From: Octopus bimaculoides
Taxonomy: Eukaryota
DNA: 64,000 bases
Assembly (NCBI RefSeq): GCF_001194135.2
Contig: NC_068982.1
Span: 105,251,342-105,315,341, forward strand
Reading direction: 5' to 3'
Translations under genes and position numbers: made by a program
Shown: piece after piece, positions 25,770-36,684 of the stretch
Layout: every line of letters begins with the position of its first letter
How positions within the stretch are numbered: position 1 is the stretch's first letter
Notes under the pieces: generated by a model
Databases searched by the model: none
What the model was told of the DNA's origin: nothing
Seen by the model: only the letters and a program-made list of their open reading frames with translations

Positions 25770-26145
25770 AATGTACCAGTGAAGACTTCAATAAAATATA
25801 AGCACAATAGACCTGATATAATGATTTAGGATAGAGAAGAGAAACTGTGCACAGTTGTGGAAATTAGCTGCCCAGCAGATGTTAACATAAAGCTGAAGAT
25901 CAGTGAAAAAGAGAACACCTATGCTGAACTATTGAGAAATCTGTAGTTACTCTATCCAGATTACTAGTTCAGCCTTATGCTGTAATTATTGAAGCCCTGG
26001 AAAATGTAACATGCTGCCTAAATACCAATCTTTAGAAATTAGGTTTCTCAAAACCAGAAAGGAGAAAGCTAATTCGAAGACTACAGATACAATCCATCAC
26101 TGGAATTGTAAAAATCTGTAAAACTTTCCAGAAGTTTATCATTTA
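25770..26145 (+). mobile_element. R4/Dong-clade LINE 3' fragment (restriction-like endonuclease)
   Basis: KHNRPDIMI*DREEKLCTVVEISCPADVNIKLKISEKENTYAELLRNL matches the RLE PD..(D/E)..K pattern. Confidence 0.8.
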
Positions 26146-26344
26146 AATATATATGAGCATGTCTAGATATGCAACTATATGCATGAGAGTACATACATAC
26201 ATACATACAAACAAACAAAAATACCCTGTTGTTGACATTGAAATTCCAATGAAGAAACCAGTTCTTTCTCTATTGACCCGAAATCTTGAAATGAATAATG
26301 ACATACATACATATGTATACATATTTATACACATATATATGCAT

Positions 26345-26570
26345 ACATATATTTTCTTTTACTTGCTGCAGTCATTAGGTTGTGGTCATGCTGGAACACC
26401 TCGAAGAATTTTAGTTGAATGAATTGATCTCAGTATTTACTTATTTTTTAAAACTTGGTACTTACTCTAATGGTATTTTTCTCTGAACTGCTAAGTTACA
26501 GGGACATAAACACACCAACACCACTTGTCAAGCAGTGATGGGAGGCAAACTGGGACACAAAGGGGACACA
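26345..26570 (-). mobile_element. Family B SINE 3' part
   Basis: TTTTACTTGCTGCAGTCATT.G.TTGTGGTCATGCTGGA.CACC...CTAAGTTACAGGGACATAAACACACCA matches the family B tail. Confidence 0.7.
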
Positions 26571-26827
26571 CACACACAGATAAAACCATAAAGTCAGGAG
26601 GTATGAGAGGTGAAAATGAAATTTAAAAACCTTCTTTATGCAGTATTAATTTAAATATGGAAGAAATTTATGTGTACATGTTTACTTCAAGCTCAGCTCA
26701 TTACAATACAATTGTATATTCACAAATTAATGGAAATAAAGAAAGCAGCTCATTAGGTTACCTGAATATCATGGTTATGCCAACAATTCAACTTCAAATA
26801 TGTGTACAAAATTTTCTCTTCATATAT

Positions 26828-27101
26828 ATTGTTGTTGGCACTCCGTCGCTTACGACGTCGAGGGTTCCAGTTGATCCGATCAACAGAACAGCCTGCTCAT
26901 GAAATTAACGTGCAAGTGGCTGAGCACTCCACAGACACGTGTACCCTTAACATAGTTCTCGGGGATATTCAGCGTGACACAATGTGACAAAGCTGACCCT
27001 TTGAATTACAGGCACAACAGAAACAGGAAGTAAGAGTGAGAGAAAGTTGTGGTGAAAGAGTAGAGCAGGGTTCGCCACCATCCCCTGCCGGAGCCACGTG
27101 G
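26828..27101 (-). mobile_element. tRNA-derived SINE family E (head lost in gap)
   Basis: Near-identical reverse complement of ~57400-57667 (GTGCTCAGCCACTTGCACGTTAATTTCA.GAGCAGGCTGTT..GTTGATCGGATCAACTGGAAC). Confidence 0.9.
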
Positions 27102-27797
27102 NNNNNNNNNNNNNNNNNNNNNNNNNNNNNNNNNNNNNNNNNNNNNNNNNNNNNNNNNNNNNNNNNNNNNNNNNNNNNNNNNNNNNNNNNNNNNNNNNNN
27201 NNNNNNNNNNNNNNNNNNNNNNNNNNNNNNNNNNNNNNNNNNNNNNNNNNNNNNNNNNNNNNNNNNNNNNNNNNNNNNNNNNNNNNNNNNNNNNNNNNNN
27301 NNNNNNNNNNNNNNNNNNNNNNNNNNNNNNNNNNNNNNNNNTATATATATATATATATATGTATATGTATATATACAATATATGGAAGGATGAAACTGGA
27401 CAAAATTGCGTTGGTTGGTTAATAAAAGAAAAGATATATTGCTTCATGTCAATTAAGTCAAAGAACCAGATAGGAATTGATAATCATCAATGTAAACAAA
27501 AAGCAAGAAAAAATATGATGAAGCAAAAATAAAGTGAAAAATAGCATAAAAAGTATATAAAAACAAGTATACAAAAAAGCAAATAAAATAAAAGAGTTTT
27601 TAGCCAAACATCTGGAGATTTAAATATTCAACACAAGCCAACAAGGTCACAAAACCTCACTAAAGGATTTGAACTGTCAAGAATTTTACACACACATTCC
27701 AGCCTCACCTGAAATATACTTTGTAGCACAATGAACTGGAATAAAACAAAGAATAGAAACACGTACATAGAAACATATTTACAGGAATATATAATCA

Positions 27798-29035
27798 CTA
27801 GCAGAAATACCCGGCGTTGCCCGGGTTAAAGAGAATAATGAAATCTAAAAACGCCGTCTAGACTACGCATCATCTTTATATATAGAGATGTATATACACA
27901 CACGTACCCAAACACACGTATATATATGTATATCAATATAAATATATGAAAGTCAATGAAGTTTCGTAAAAGAAGGTGATCATGTACATACTTTCTTGCT
28001 GTTGTGATCATAACACCTCATTGTAAACTATGTTCCTTGTTTTCCCTTGTGGAGCATATACAAATAGGTTTTTTGTTGCTGCCCACTCTTGAGCAGCCAA
28101 CATACAGTTGTCCATGTGAGAAGCAGGGCTCTTCCAAGAGAAGNNNNNNNNNNNNNNNNNNNNNNNNNNNNNNNNNNNNNNNNNNNNNNNNNNNNNNNNN
28201 NNNNNNNNNNNNNNNNNNNNNNNNNNNNNNNNNNNNNNNNNNNNNNNNNNNNNNNNNNNNNNNNNNNNNNNNNNNNNNNNNNNNNNNNNNNNNNNNNNNN
28301 NNNNNNNNNNNNNNNNNNNNNNNNNNNNNNNNNNNNNNNNNNNNNNNNNNNNNNNNNNNNNNNNNNNNNNNNNNNNNNNNNNNNNNNNNNNNNNNNNNNN
28401 NNNNNNNNNNNNNNNNNNNNNNNNNNNNNNNNNNNNNNNNNNNNNNNNNNNNNNNNNNNNNNNNNNNNNNNNNNNNNNNNNNNNNNNNNNNNNNNNNNNN
28501 NNNNNNNNNNNNNNNNNNNNNNNNNNNNNNNNNNNNNNNNNNNNNNNNNNNNNNNNNNNNNNNNNNNNNNNNNNNNNNNNNNNNNNNNNNNNNNNNNNNN
28601 NNNNNNNNNNNNNNNNNNNNNNNNNNNNNNNNNNNNNNNNNNNNNNNNNNNNNNNNNNNNNNNNNNNAATGGTGTACATATACATGTATATGTATACATA
28701 TACATCTCTCTCTCTCTTTCTCTCTCTGTGAAAGTATCTGTCACTACAGTATCGAAATGTGATTGTTTCAGTTAGTGGAATAGTTTCATTTTTAAAGTGA
28801 AAGTATTTGACATGAGTGTTTTTGTTTCACTTTTGACACGTAATACTTAAATAGTGGAGGAGATATTATGTTGCCGTGTGCTCGAACTCTGCAAGAAGTT
28901 AATAATTTTTTTTGACTAAAACAACTGGAACCCTAAGTAAGGCATGTGTAAAATTTGAATGAAATTGGTTGCGTAGTTCTCGAGTTTTAGGGATTCACAC
29001 AGACAGACACACATTCTCATTTTTATATATATAGA
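27798..29035 (-). mobile_element. Helitron, composite and internally deleted
   Basis: 5' A|TCTATATATATAAAA at 29035. 3' hairpin ACCCGG-GCAACG-CCGGGT lies 7 nt before CTAG|T at 27798. Helicase remnant inside; the centre is an N gap. Confidence 0.75.
28008..28143 (-). pseudogene. Helitron Pif1-type helicase C-terminus
   Basis: LLLEEPCFSHGQLYVGCSRVGSNK, then one extra A in a homopolymer, then NLFVYAPQGKTRNIVYNEVL* (helicase motif VI and typical C-terminus). Confidence 0.9.
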
Positions 29036-29041
29036 TACACC

Positions 29042-29215
29042 TCAATATATAAAACTGAGAATGTGTGTCTGTCTGTCTGTGTGAATCCCTAAAACTTGAG
29101 AACTACACAACCGATTTCATTCAAATTTTACACATGCCTTACTTAGGGTCCATGCAATGTCATGGGCCAAAATTTTTTCAACTTCTTGCCTAATGCGAGC
29201 CCGGTGCAATCTCTT
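29042..29215 (+). mobile_element. Second Helitron 5' end, back-to-back with the first
   Basis: TCAATATATAAAACTGAGAATGTGTGTCTGTCTG... is the reverse complement of 28926-29035. It ends in a degraded GCCCGGTGCAA without CTAG. Confidence 0.75.
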
Positions 29216-29329
29216 ATCTCTTACACTATTTCAGTATTACATGGTAAAAGTGAAACAACATCTCTATCATAGTGTGAGATACTTTCAGTTTAATAGTTTC
29301 ACTATCAATACTGAAACTATTATCTCACA

Positions 29330-29389
29330 TACATATATTATGTATATATATATCACATATGTATGTATATATAGATGTATAAGTGTATT

Positions 29390-29472
<83 letters not shown>

Positions 29473-29530
29473 ATATATACACATTTATATGTATGTATAT
29501 ATATAATGTCTATGTATATATATAGAGAGA
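29330..29530. repeat. (TA)n microsatellite
   Basis: Seen directly. Confidence 0.95.
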
Positions 29531-29539
29531 GAGGTAAAA

Positions 29540-30690
29540 ACTGAGTACATAAACATTGAAGAAGATGTAATGCTGGCTATAGATGAGGTTGACACAAACT
29601 CAGCTGCTGGCTCTGATGGAGTTCCAGTTGTGCTTCTCAAATCATGCAAGCGAGCCCTTGCAATACCACTTCAGCTTCTCTCTCCGAGCTTCCTTGGAAG
29701 TGGTAAGCTCCCAGACAAACTGAAAGAAGGGATAATATTCCCTATCCATAAGGGAGGAAGCAGGGCAGATGCTAAAAATTATAGACCTACCTCTCTGACT
29801 TCACACATCAGCAAAGTCATGGAATGAATAGTCTGCAAGAAATTAATCGCGTTCTGCAATGGGAATTGAACGCAATATACAGGTGGGCTGAGATCAACAA
29901 CATGCAGTTTAATGCAGGAAAATTTCAGGCCCTACGCAACCAACACACAAAGCTAAAAGACATGCAAACAGGATACACTGGCCCAGGAGGAATTGAAATC
30001 CCTGAATCAAAATCAGTGCATGACCTGGGCACTGACATGAGCAATGATGCATCTTTTCAAGTGCATATTACCAATTTGGTAATAAAATGCAGACAGCTGG
30101 CTGTATGGAACCTCCGAAAGTTGAAAACAAGAGAAAATGAAACATTGATGATCCTTTGGAGGACATACGTTCTCAGTTGCTCCCAACTATGGTCACCACA
30201 CACTGTAAAAGCCATGGCAGAACTCAAGCAATCCAACGAAGCTACACCAAGAAAATTGTCTCAATGCAATGTATCAGCTACTGGGAAAGATTGAGAGAAT
30301 TAAAAATTTTCTCCCAAGAACGAAGGCAGCAAAGATATGCAGTGATATACAACTGGAAAATCCTAGAAGGCCTTGTACCGAACATTGGCATTTGAAAGTT
30401 ACTCAAACTGCAGAATGGGGCGCCACTGCATAGTGCCAAAGATCCCAGCATCACCATCAAAATACAGGACCAGATACTGCAACAGCTTGGGCTACAAAGG
30501 CCACAGCTCTTCAATGTCCTTCCAAAATGCCTGAGAGACCTGCATGTTGTGGATGTAGGTGTCTTTAAAACAAAACTAGATCTCTTCCTGTCAAGGGTTC
30601 CAGACGAGCCTACCTCACGGCAAGAAACACAGATGAGGGTAGCGGCATCAAATTCCCTCATTGACCAAATGCCACATATCAGACAAGGTT
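29540..30690 (+). mobile_element. CR1-clade LINE fragment with internal deletion of the RT core
   Basis: SAAGSDG..LLK, IFPIHKGGSRADAKNYRPTSLTSHISKVME joined directly to ...WAEINNMQFNAGKF, then DLG, QLWSPH, SYWERLRELK and the PDEP...SNSL tail. No GVPQG or YADD. Confidence 0.85.
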
Positions 30691-31485
30691 TACTACTTAC
30701 TTAAGTGCATGCACACATACACACATGTACGCGCGTGCACACACACACTCACACATAACCCTCACCATGAGTTGGATGGTTTTTCAGGATCCAACAAGTT
30801 GCAGGACAATCTCAAGCTCCAACATTGGCTTTATGTGATTTCTATAGCTAGATGCCCTTCCTAATGCCAATCACTTGGGTGTTAAATAATGATGATGATG
30901 ACGATGATGATTATGGTGATATATGAAGGATTACCAAAATCAAGAGTAATGAATATCAAAGATCGATGTTTAAAAACACTTCTCATTTAATAAATTTTTT
31001 TTAATATTTGTCATCATTTATAATGTATGAATTGATTAAATTGAAATCATTTGGAATTTAATATCCAAACTAATGATTTATTAAGTTTTCATCTCTCCCT
31101 CTCACGCACACAACTGTTTCTATTTTGAATAAAATGAAATTGTTTTATGAGTTGTTGCTTAGCCTCAAGTCAGCTTTGATGAAATGCACTCCAGTTAGGG
31201 CCATCCCATCATTTTTTCAAATATAATATGCTCTTAGCCATATAATCAAATGTGTTCATTTTTACATTGGCAAAATGTAATTTGAGGTAGATTTGGCTGC
31301 TATCTCTAGCAGGTTATGTGACCATGAAGTTCCCATCACTTGCTTAAGCTTTAGGATGTATTTTCAAAAGGTTATTTAACCATAAGAATTTTTATAACAA
31401 ATTTCAAAGCAAAAGTACATTCTTTCCAACTTTGTATGAAACATATTCAAGTCACAAAAAAAAAAAAAAAATCTTGTTTAAGAAA

Positions 31486-31491
31486 TTTATT
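31486..31491 (-). terminator. Candidate UBOX5 polyadenylation signal
   Basis: AATAAA on the minus strand ~20 nt after the stop, followed by a U-rich tract (A16 on the plus strand, 31456-31471). Confidence 0.45.
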
Positions 31492-31509
31492 CATATATCA
31501 GAGAAGAAA

Positions 31510-33186
31510 TCAATCATAAAGTCGCTGAATCTCTTTGGAATTATAAGAATCCTTGCACTGTAAACAAAAATATTTCATAGTACCATTCTCATTTCGGTAA
31601 TTACTATTGAGACATTTTCGACAAAGTATATGGGTACAAGGCAACACATAGAGATGTGCCTCATTGCTTATTTGACATATTGCACATTTTTTAACAATGA
31701 TCTCTTTGCTATTCATAACTGGTGTACTGAAAGATGGAAGTGTACTTAAAGTTCGAGATAAAGCTGCTTCAAGACTTTGGTTTAAATCATTCTCATGTGA
31801 ATCTCTAATTACCTGAACACTTTCAGATGTCTGTTGTCTTTTGACAGTGTTACCAACATCATCATCAGTTTTTGAAGAAGATAAAGTTTTTCTCTTTAAT
31901 CCAGGAGTTAGCATTTGAAAATTTTTTCCATCAGTAGTTCTGGATTGTGCAAAACTGTTGGAGATATTTTCGTGCTTTGTGTGAGATTTAATATGACCGT
32001 TCAAACTTGAAGCTGCCATATTCTGATGTTTGTTTAGTGATGAACATGATTCTTTAAGTTTAGTTGAAGAGTTACCATGCTGAAGAAATGTTTGGCTGCA
32101 CGTTTTTCGAGAATCAGCTCTTAAACGAGCAGGTTGAACCCAGTCTTTATTTTCTATAGACAATCCTTGATTCTGTATGTCTGAAGCACGACCAATAGTT
32201 CTTGGTACATCAGAAAGTTGCTGAGAGTTGTCTAGGAGAAATTTATCAATCCTTACTTTGAGTGATGTATTAGGTACAGGTTTGTAATTTGAAGTGAATT
32301 TAATGGAAGTGAAAAGGTTATTTGGTGTACGTCCCCATTTTGATTCAGCATTGTTATAATTGACTAATGTAGATTGGTCCACAGACTGACCAGAAGGTAA
32401 CAACATTGGCATTGTCATTATTTCACATGTGATAGGATCAAGAAAATCTTCAGGAACATCAACACCATTTAAGTTAAAAGAATTGCTATTTGTAGGTAAA
32501 GAAGAAGCTGGGTTTTGATTAATAAAGTCGTCCTTGGTCACTGTGTCTTTCTCACAAACCTGATCATTCAAAAGATGTTCTTTAAAACAGGAATAAACTT
32601 TGCTTACGAGATTTGTAACACTGTTTGACACAGGTTTAGCCCATATTTCAAGTTTCCCAATGCAAGGGACACTACTCCCCTCTGTCTGAGTTATTCTCAG
32701 TGACACATGACTAACAAAAGTAAGAGATTTCTGTTGGTGGTGTTTCAAAGGTAATTCTAATTGACAACTCATTGTACTGGGTATTTCCTGTTGGCCTTTA
32801 AAACTATAATTACGGAAACAAAACATTTTTGCTTCTTTAAGAAGAGTTCTTCCGACTGGAACAAAAATACCATCTGTATTAACAGAAGGTGTCAGACTGG
32901 AGTTCATCAACCACGAATCTATCACAGCTTCAGATTTTGTGTGTACCTCAAAGCCTAGAGATTTTTGTCGACCAACAAAGGGATTAATACATATTTTGAA
33001 AATTTCAACGTTACATGGGAATTTTAATGTTATAGTTACTGGTGGTTTGATAAAGCGTTCCACCATAAAACCTTGGTTTCGGTAGGATGTCTGCTGTATA
33101 AGATTATTAACTTCATAGCCATCATAAGTTGGTTTGTTACAAACAATCGCTGGTTTTAAACTACTGTGACAAAGATTAACCAGCAT
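31510..33186 (-). CDS. UBOX5: U-box domain containing 5 / RING finger protein 37 (E3 ubiquitin ligase family), 558 aa, single coding exon
   Basis: Real ATG at 33186 and an uninterrupted ORF. N-terminus MLVNLC...CNK...DGYEV.NLI...GF..E.FIKPPV...FP.NVEI resembles human MVINLC...DGYEVENLI...FIKPPV. U-box VPEDFLDPIT.EIM..PMLLPSG..DQSTL...WGR.P...SLKVRIDKFLL. C-terminal C3HC4 RING CAIC...PCTHILCRKC...CLQC. Confidence 0.95.
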   Translation of the reverse strand: MLVNLCHSSLKPAIVCNKPTYDGYEVNNLIQQTSYRNQGFMVERFIKPPVTITLKFPCNVEIFKICINPFVGRQKSLGFEVHTKSEAVIDSWLMNSSLTPSVNTDGIFVPVGRTLLKEAKMFCFRNYSFKGQQEIPSTMSCQLELPLKHHQQKSLTFVSHVSLRITQTEGSSVPCIGKLEIWAKPVSNSVTNLVSKVYSCFKEHLLNDQVCEKDTVTKDDFINQNPASSLPTNSNSFNLNGVDVPEDFLDPITCEIMTMPMLLPSGQSVDQSTLVNYNNAESKWGRTPNNLFTSIKFTSNYKPVPNTSLKVRIDKFLLDNSQQLSDVPRTIGRASDIQNQGLSIENKDWVQPARLRADSRKTCSQTFLQHGNSSTKLKESCSSLNKHQNMAASSLNGHIKSHTKHENISNSFAQSRTTDGKNFQMLTPGLKRKTLSSSKTDDDVGNTVKRQQTSESVQVIRDSHENDLNQSLEAALSRTLSTLPSFSTPVMNSKEIIVKKCAICQISNEAHLYVLPCTHILCRKCLNSNYRNENGTMKYFCLQCKDSYNSKEIQRLYD

Positions 33187-33262
33187 TATTCAAAGAAGAT
33201 ACTGACTGATTCAAAATATCGTTCATTGGTGTAAATATATCCACCCTACAACAGAAGAAAAC
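33187..33262 (-). promoter_or_regulatory. UBOX5 5' UTR part of the coding exon and its splice acceptor
   Basis: Minus strand reads GTTTTCTTCTGTTGTAG|GGTGG, with the exon starting at 33245, 59 nt before the ATG. This implies an upstream non-coding exon. Confidence 0.65.
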
Positions 33263-33379
33263 CAGTTTAGTAGGGAATACAATTTTAAATTTAACCATAA
33301 AAAATATTTGTTGACATTATTATCCAAAATTATAAAATAAAAATAGGCAAGACAAAAACTAGGTAAATATTAGCTTCAA

Positions 33380-33791
33380 ATTTTGGCACAAGGCTAGGAA
33401 GATCAGGAGAGGAGTGTAGTCAATTACACTGACCCCAGTGTTCAACTGCTACTTATTTTATCCATCCTGAAGGAATGAAAGGCAAAGTTAACCTCAGCAG
33501 AATTTGAACTCAAAACATAAAGACATGTCAAAATACCATTAAGCATCTTGCATAGTGTGCTAACAATTCTTATTTCTCTATTGCCCACAAGGGGATAAAC
33601 ATAGAGGGGACAAACAAGGACAGACAAAGGGATTAAGTCGATTACAGTGCGTAACTGGTACTTAATTTATTGACCCCGAAAGTATGAAAGGTAAAGTCGA
33701 CCCCAGTGGAATTTGAACTCAGAACATAACGGTAGACGAAATACCGCTAAGCATTTCACCTGGCATGCTAACATTTCTGCCAGCTCACCAC
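33380..33791 (-). mobile_element. Two tandem family A SINEs
   Basis: Two reverse-complement copies of the GAGTTCAAATTC...TTCATCC.TTC.GG...AAGTA.CAG block (33380-33570, 33570-33791). Confidence 0.8.
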
Positions 33792-34329
33792 CTTACAATT
33801 CTGCCAGCTCACATCTTAAACTACGTAAATATTATTAAAGATAATATTAAGGCTGAAAATAAAGGGAAAAGGATGTTTAGGATACAATTTTTAGCAGATG
33901 GTAATGTTCTGGTGGTGAGGTGAAGGAAAGGCAGATAAAGACAGATGGGTAGGGGAGGCAGTTACATTGAGAGATAGAGAGAGAGTTAGTGGTAGTGAGA
34001 GGTGAAGAGAAAGAGAGAAATTTTAAAGACATGAAGATAGAAATTATATGGTTAAAAAGATTGTTGAAGAGGCAGAGAGAAAGAGAGAAATATAATGTGT
34101 TTAGCAGAGGGAAATTTTAAAATATATTATTGTGATTGGAAGTGAAATACTTAGCAAAATAAAAATAAAAATGCAAATCATGCTTTCTTTCTTAAATAAA
34201 TTCTCTTAATCTTTTTTGTTCTGTGGAATTTCCACAAGTCCCACAAGGATGTATAAAATACACTGGGTTTAATAACTTTGCTAATTTAGCTGTTTCAGCC
34301 ATAGATTAGCCCAGGCCATGTCTAACTTA

Positions 34330-34625
34330 ATAGCACCACCGGATAGGATTTGTTAAGTTATTTTCACATCAAGTTTTGTGGTATCATAGTCCATTCAAGT
34401 AGGGAGCTGTTGTTGTATCCAGGTACAGGTGGCTTATTTGGTATCTCTTGAAGAAATTTGTCTAGGTTTCGTTTGAAGGCAATAAGATCATTTTCTTATT
34501 TAATTTGTTTTGGGACAATGTTAATTAGAGCAGGGCCTGCTGAGGAAAAGAAATTGTGTTGCAGTGAATTTATGTTGTGAGCCTGAATTGTGTAGGGGGC
34601 GTATGGCATGTAACCCCAGCCTTAG
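34330..34625 (-). mobile_element. CR1-clade LINE 3' end fragment
   Basis: Minus strand reads FSSAGPALINIVPKQIK*ENDLIAFKRNLDKFLQEIPNKPPVPGY.NSSLLEW. Confidence 0.65.
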
Positions 34626-36684
34626 ATGTATTTGTGTGTGTGTGTGCACGTGCGCGTGTAAACAAACATGCACAATGTGTTACAATAAATGAAAAACATA
34701 ATTGTCACTAAATGCAACTAAAGGTGTCAGGATACCTACATTGCTAGAAGTAAGAGCTAAAATGCTTTAATGCTGTAGGAAAAGCACATAAATGTATACA
34801 TATACGTTCACAGGGGGTGCAATCGCCCAGAACACATATATATGATACACTGGGTGGGTGGGTAGATAGATAGATGGATAGACAGATAAATAGGTTGTAA
34901 CACAAAATTTCAAACTGTTGAAGTTGTTCCCCTTTAGATCATTTACTTCTTAAATTATTCAACATGGTTTGCAGTTGTTTATTTTTTTATATTTGAAAGT
35001 TCATTCAGTTGTCTTCTTAGTCTCATTATGCCTGACTAATGTTATGTTCATAAATTCTGATGATCAAATTAATCTTCTCATTTCTTTTTTGCATTGGTAA
35101 ATCTAATCAATATATATAATATGCTGTGTCATCAATATATATTTAATATGCTATAATGCATTTGAATATATACTTATTCCACTATTAAATATTCTACTTC
35201 ATATATTCCACTGTTACCTTTTATATTCAACTTACTGAGAGGTATAATGCATTCCACTTTCGCTTATATGCTTATTTTACAGCACACATGTATTCCATGT
35301 TTTAAGTAGGAAAAAAACCCTAACAATTTGAAGTTATAGATTAAAAATTTGGAAGGTTATGGTGTGTTGGTGTTTCATCATGTCTTTACAAGAAATATTG
35401 TTGTTGAGGAATGTGAATAATAATTCTTATTATGTACACTTGTAGCCTTAGGACAGAATGCATCTTTTTGCATAAACGAAACCTGCTGTACCTTGAAAAC
35501 ATTTAGAAAAATGTTTGTAACCTCTTTGTTAGATCATGTACCCATGCATATATTTTAGTAGTTTTGAACATATAAACATGTACAATGTTTATATGTACAA
35601 TAACAAGTGAACCAGTAACTACAACATGTTGTACATATCAAAAATAATCAAACTTGTGTATCTTTTTTGGGATGGGGGATAAATATAATTTTCTTTTCTT
35701 ACTATTTGGGTATTTTCGTTTACTTTCAACTTTCATCATATACATTTTTTAGCAATACCTCCAATTGGAGAAAATTGATTATTCATACATACTTGTGAAA
35801 ATATTGAAATTGCCACTAAGTTTAGTTAAAAAAAAAAAAAACCACCACCATAATTGATGGTACAGACACTCTAGTTTGGTTTAAAATTCTTGTAAACAGA
35901 AATATCATATTTCATTTCCTAATGGCTACCTCTGAAGAGCACAGGATTACATAATCGGATTGTTACCTAACACTCTGTTAAACCCCAAGTACAAAACCGA
36001 TTGGTAAGATTGGCTGTAATGGATATATAATACTGTACACTTTGATTAATATATATATATATATCTGCTGTTGTTTGACTCCTGGTAGCCAACCACCAAA
36101 CGAAATTATAGTATTTACTATTTGACAGAGTGAAGTGACTCTACATTTAAGGATAACTGAAAAGACATCAGATGAAATGTTACAAGCTGGGGTAAAAAAA
36201 ACGAAAGTGGGACTTGATTTTGTCGAAATAATTCAGTAGTTTTATTTTGAAAAAAAAAANNNNNNNNNNNNNNNNNNNNNNNNNNNNNNNNNNNNNNNNN
36301 NNNNNNNNNNNNNNNNNNNNNNNNNNNNNNNNNNNNNNNNNNNNNNNNNNNNNNNNNNNNNNNNNNNNNNNNNNNNNNNNNNNNNNNNNNNNNNNNNNNN
36401 NNNNNNNNNNNNNNNNNNNNNNNNNNNNNNNNNNNNNNNNNNNNNNNNNNNNNNNNNNNNNNNNNNNNNNNNNNNNNNNNNNNNNNNNNNNNNNNNNNNN
36501 NNNNNNNNNNNNNNNNNNNNNNNNNNNNNNNNNNNNNNNNNNNNNNNNNNNNNNNNNNNNNNNNNNNNNNNNNNNNNNNNNNNNNNNNNNNNNNNNNNNN
36601 NNNNNNNNNNNNNNNNNNNNNNNNNNNNNNNNNNNNNNNNNNNNNNNNNNNNNNNNNNNNNNNNNNNNNNNNNNNNNNNNNNNN

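Noticed and set aside
31510-33186. UBOX5 as a processed retrocopy
   Set aside because: It has a good upstream splice acceptor and no sense-strand poly(A) remnant (the A-run at 31456-31471 is U-rich on the sense strand). No TSD was seen and the ORF is intact.
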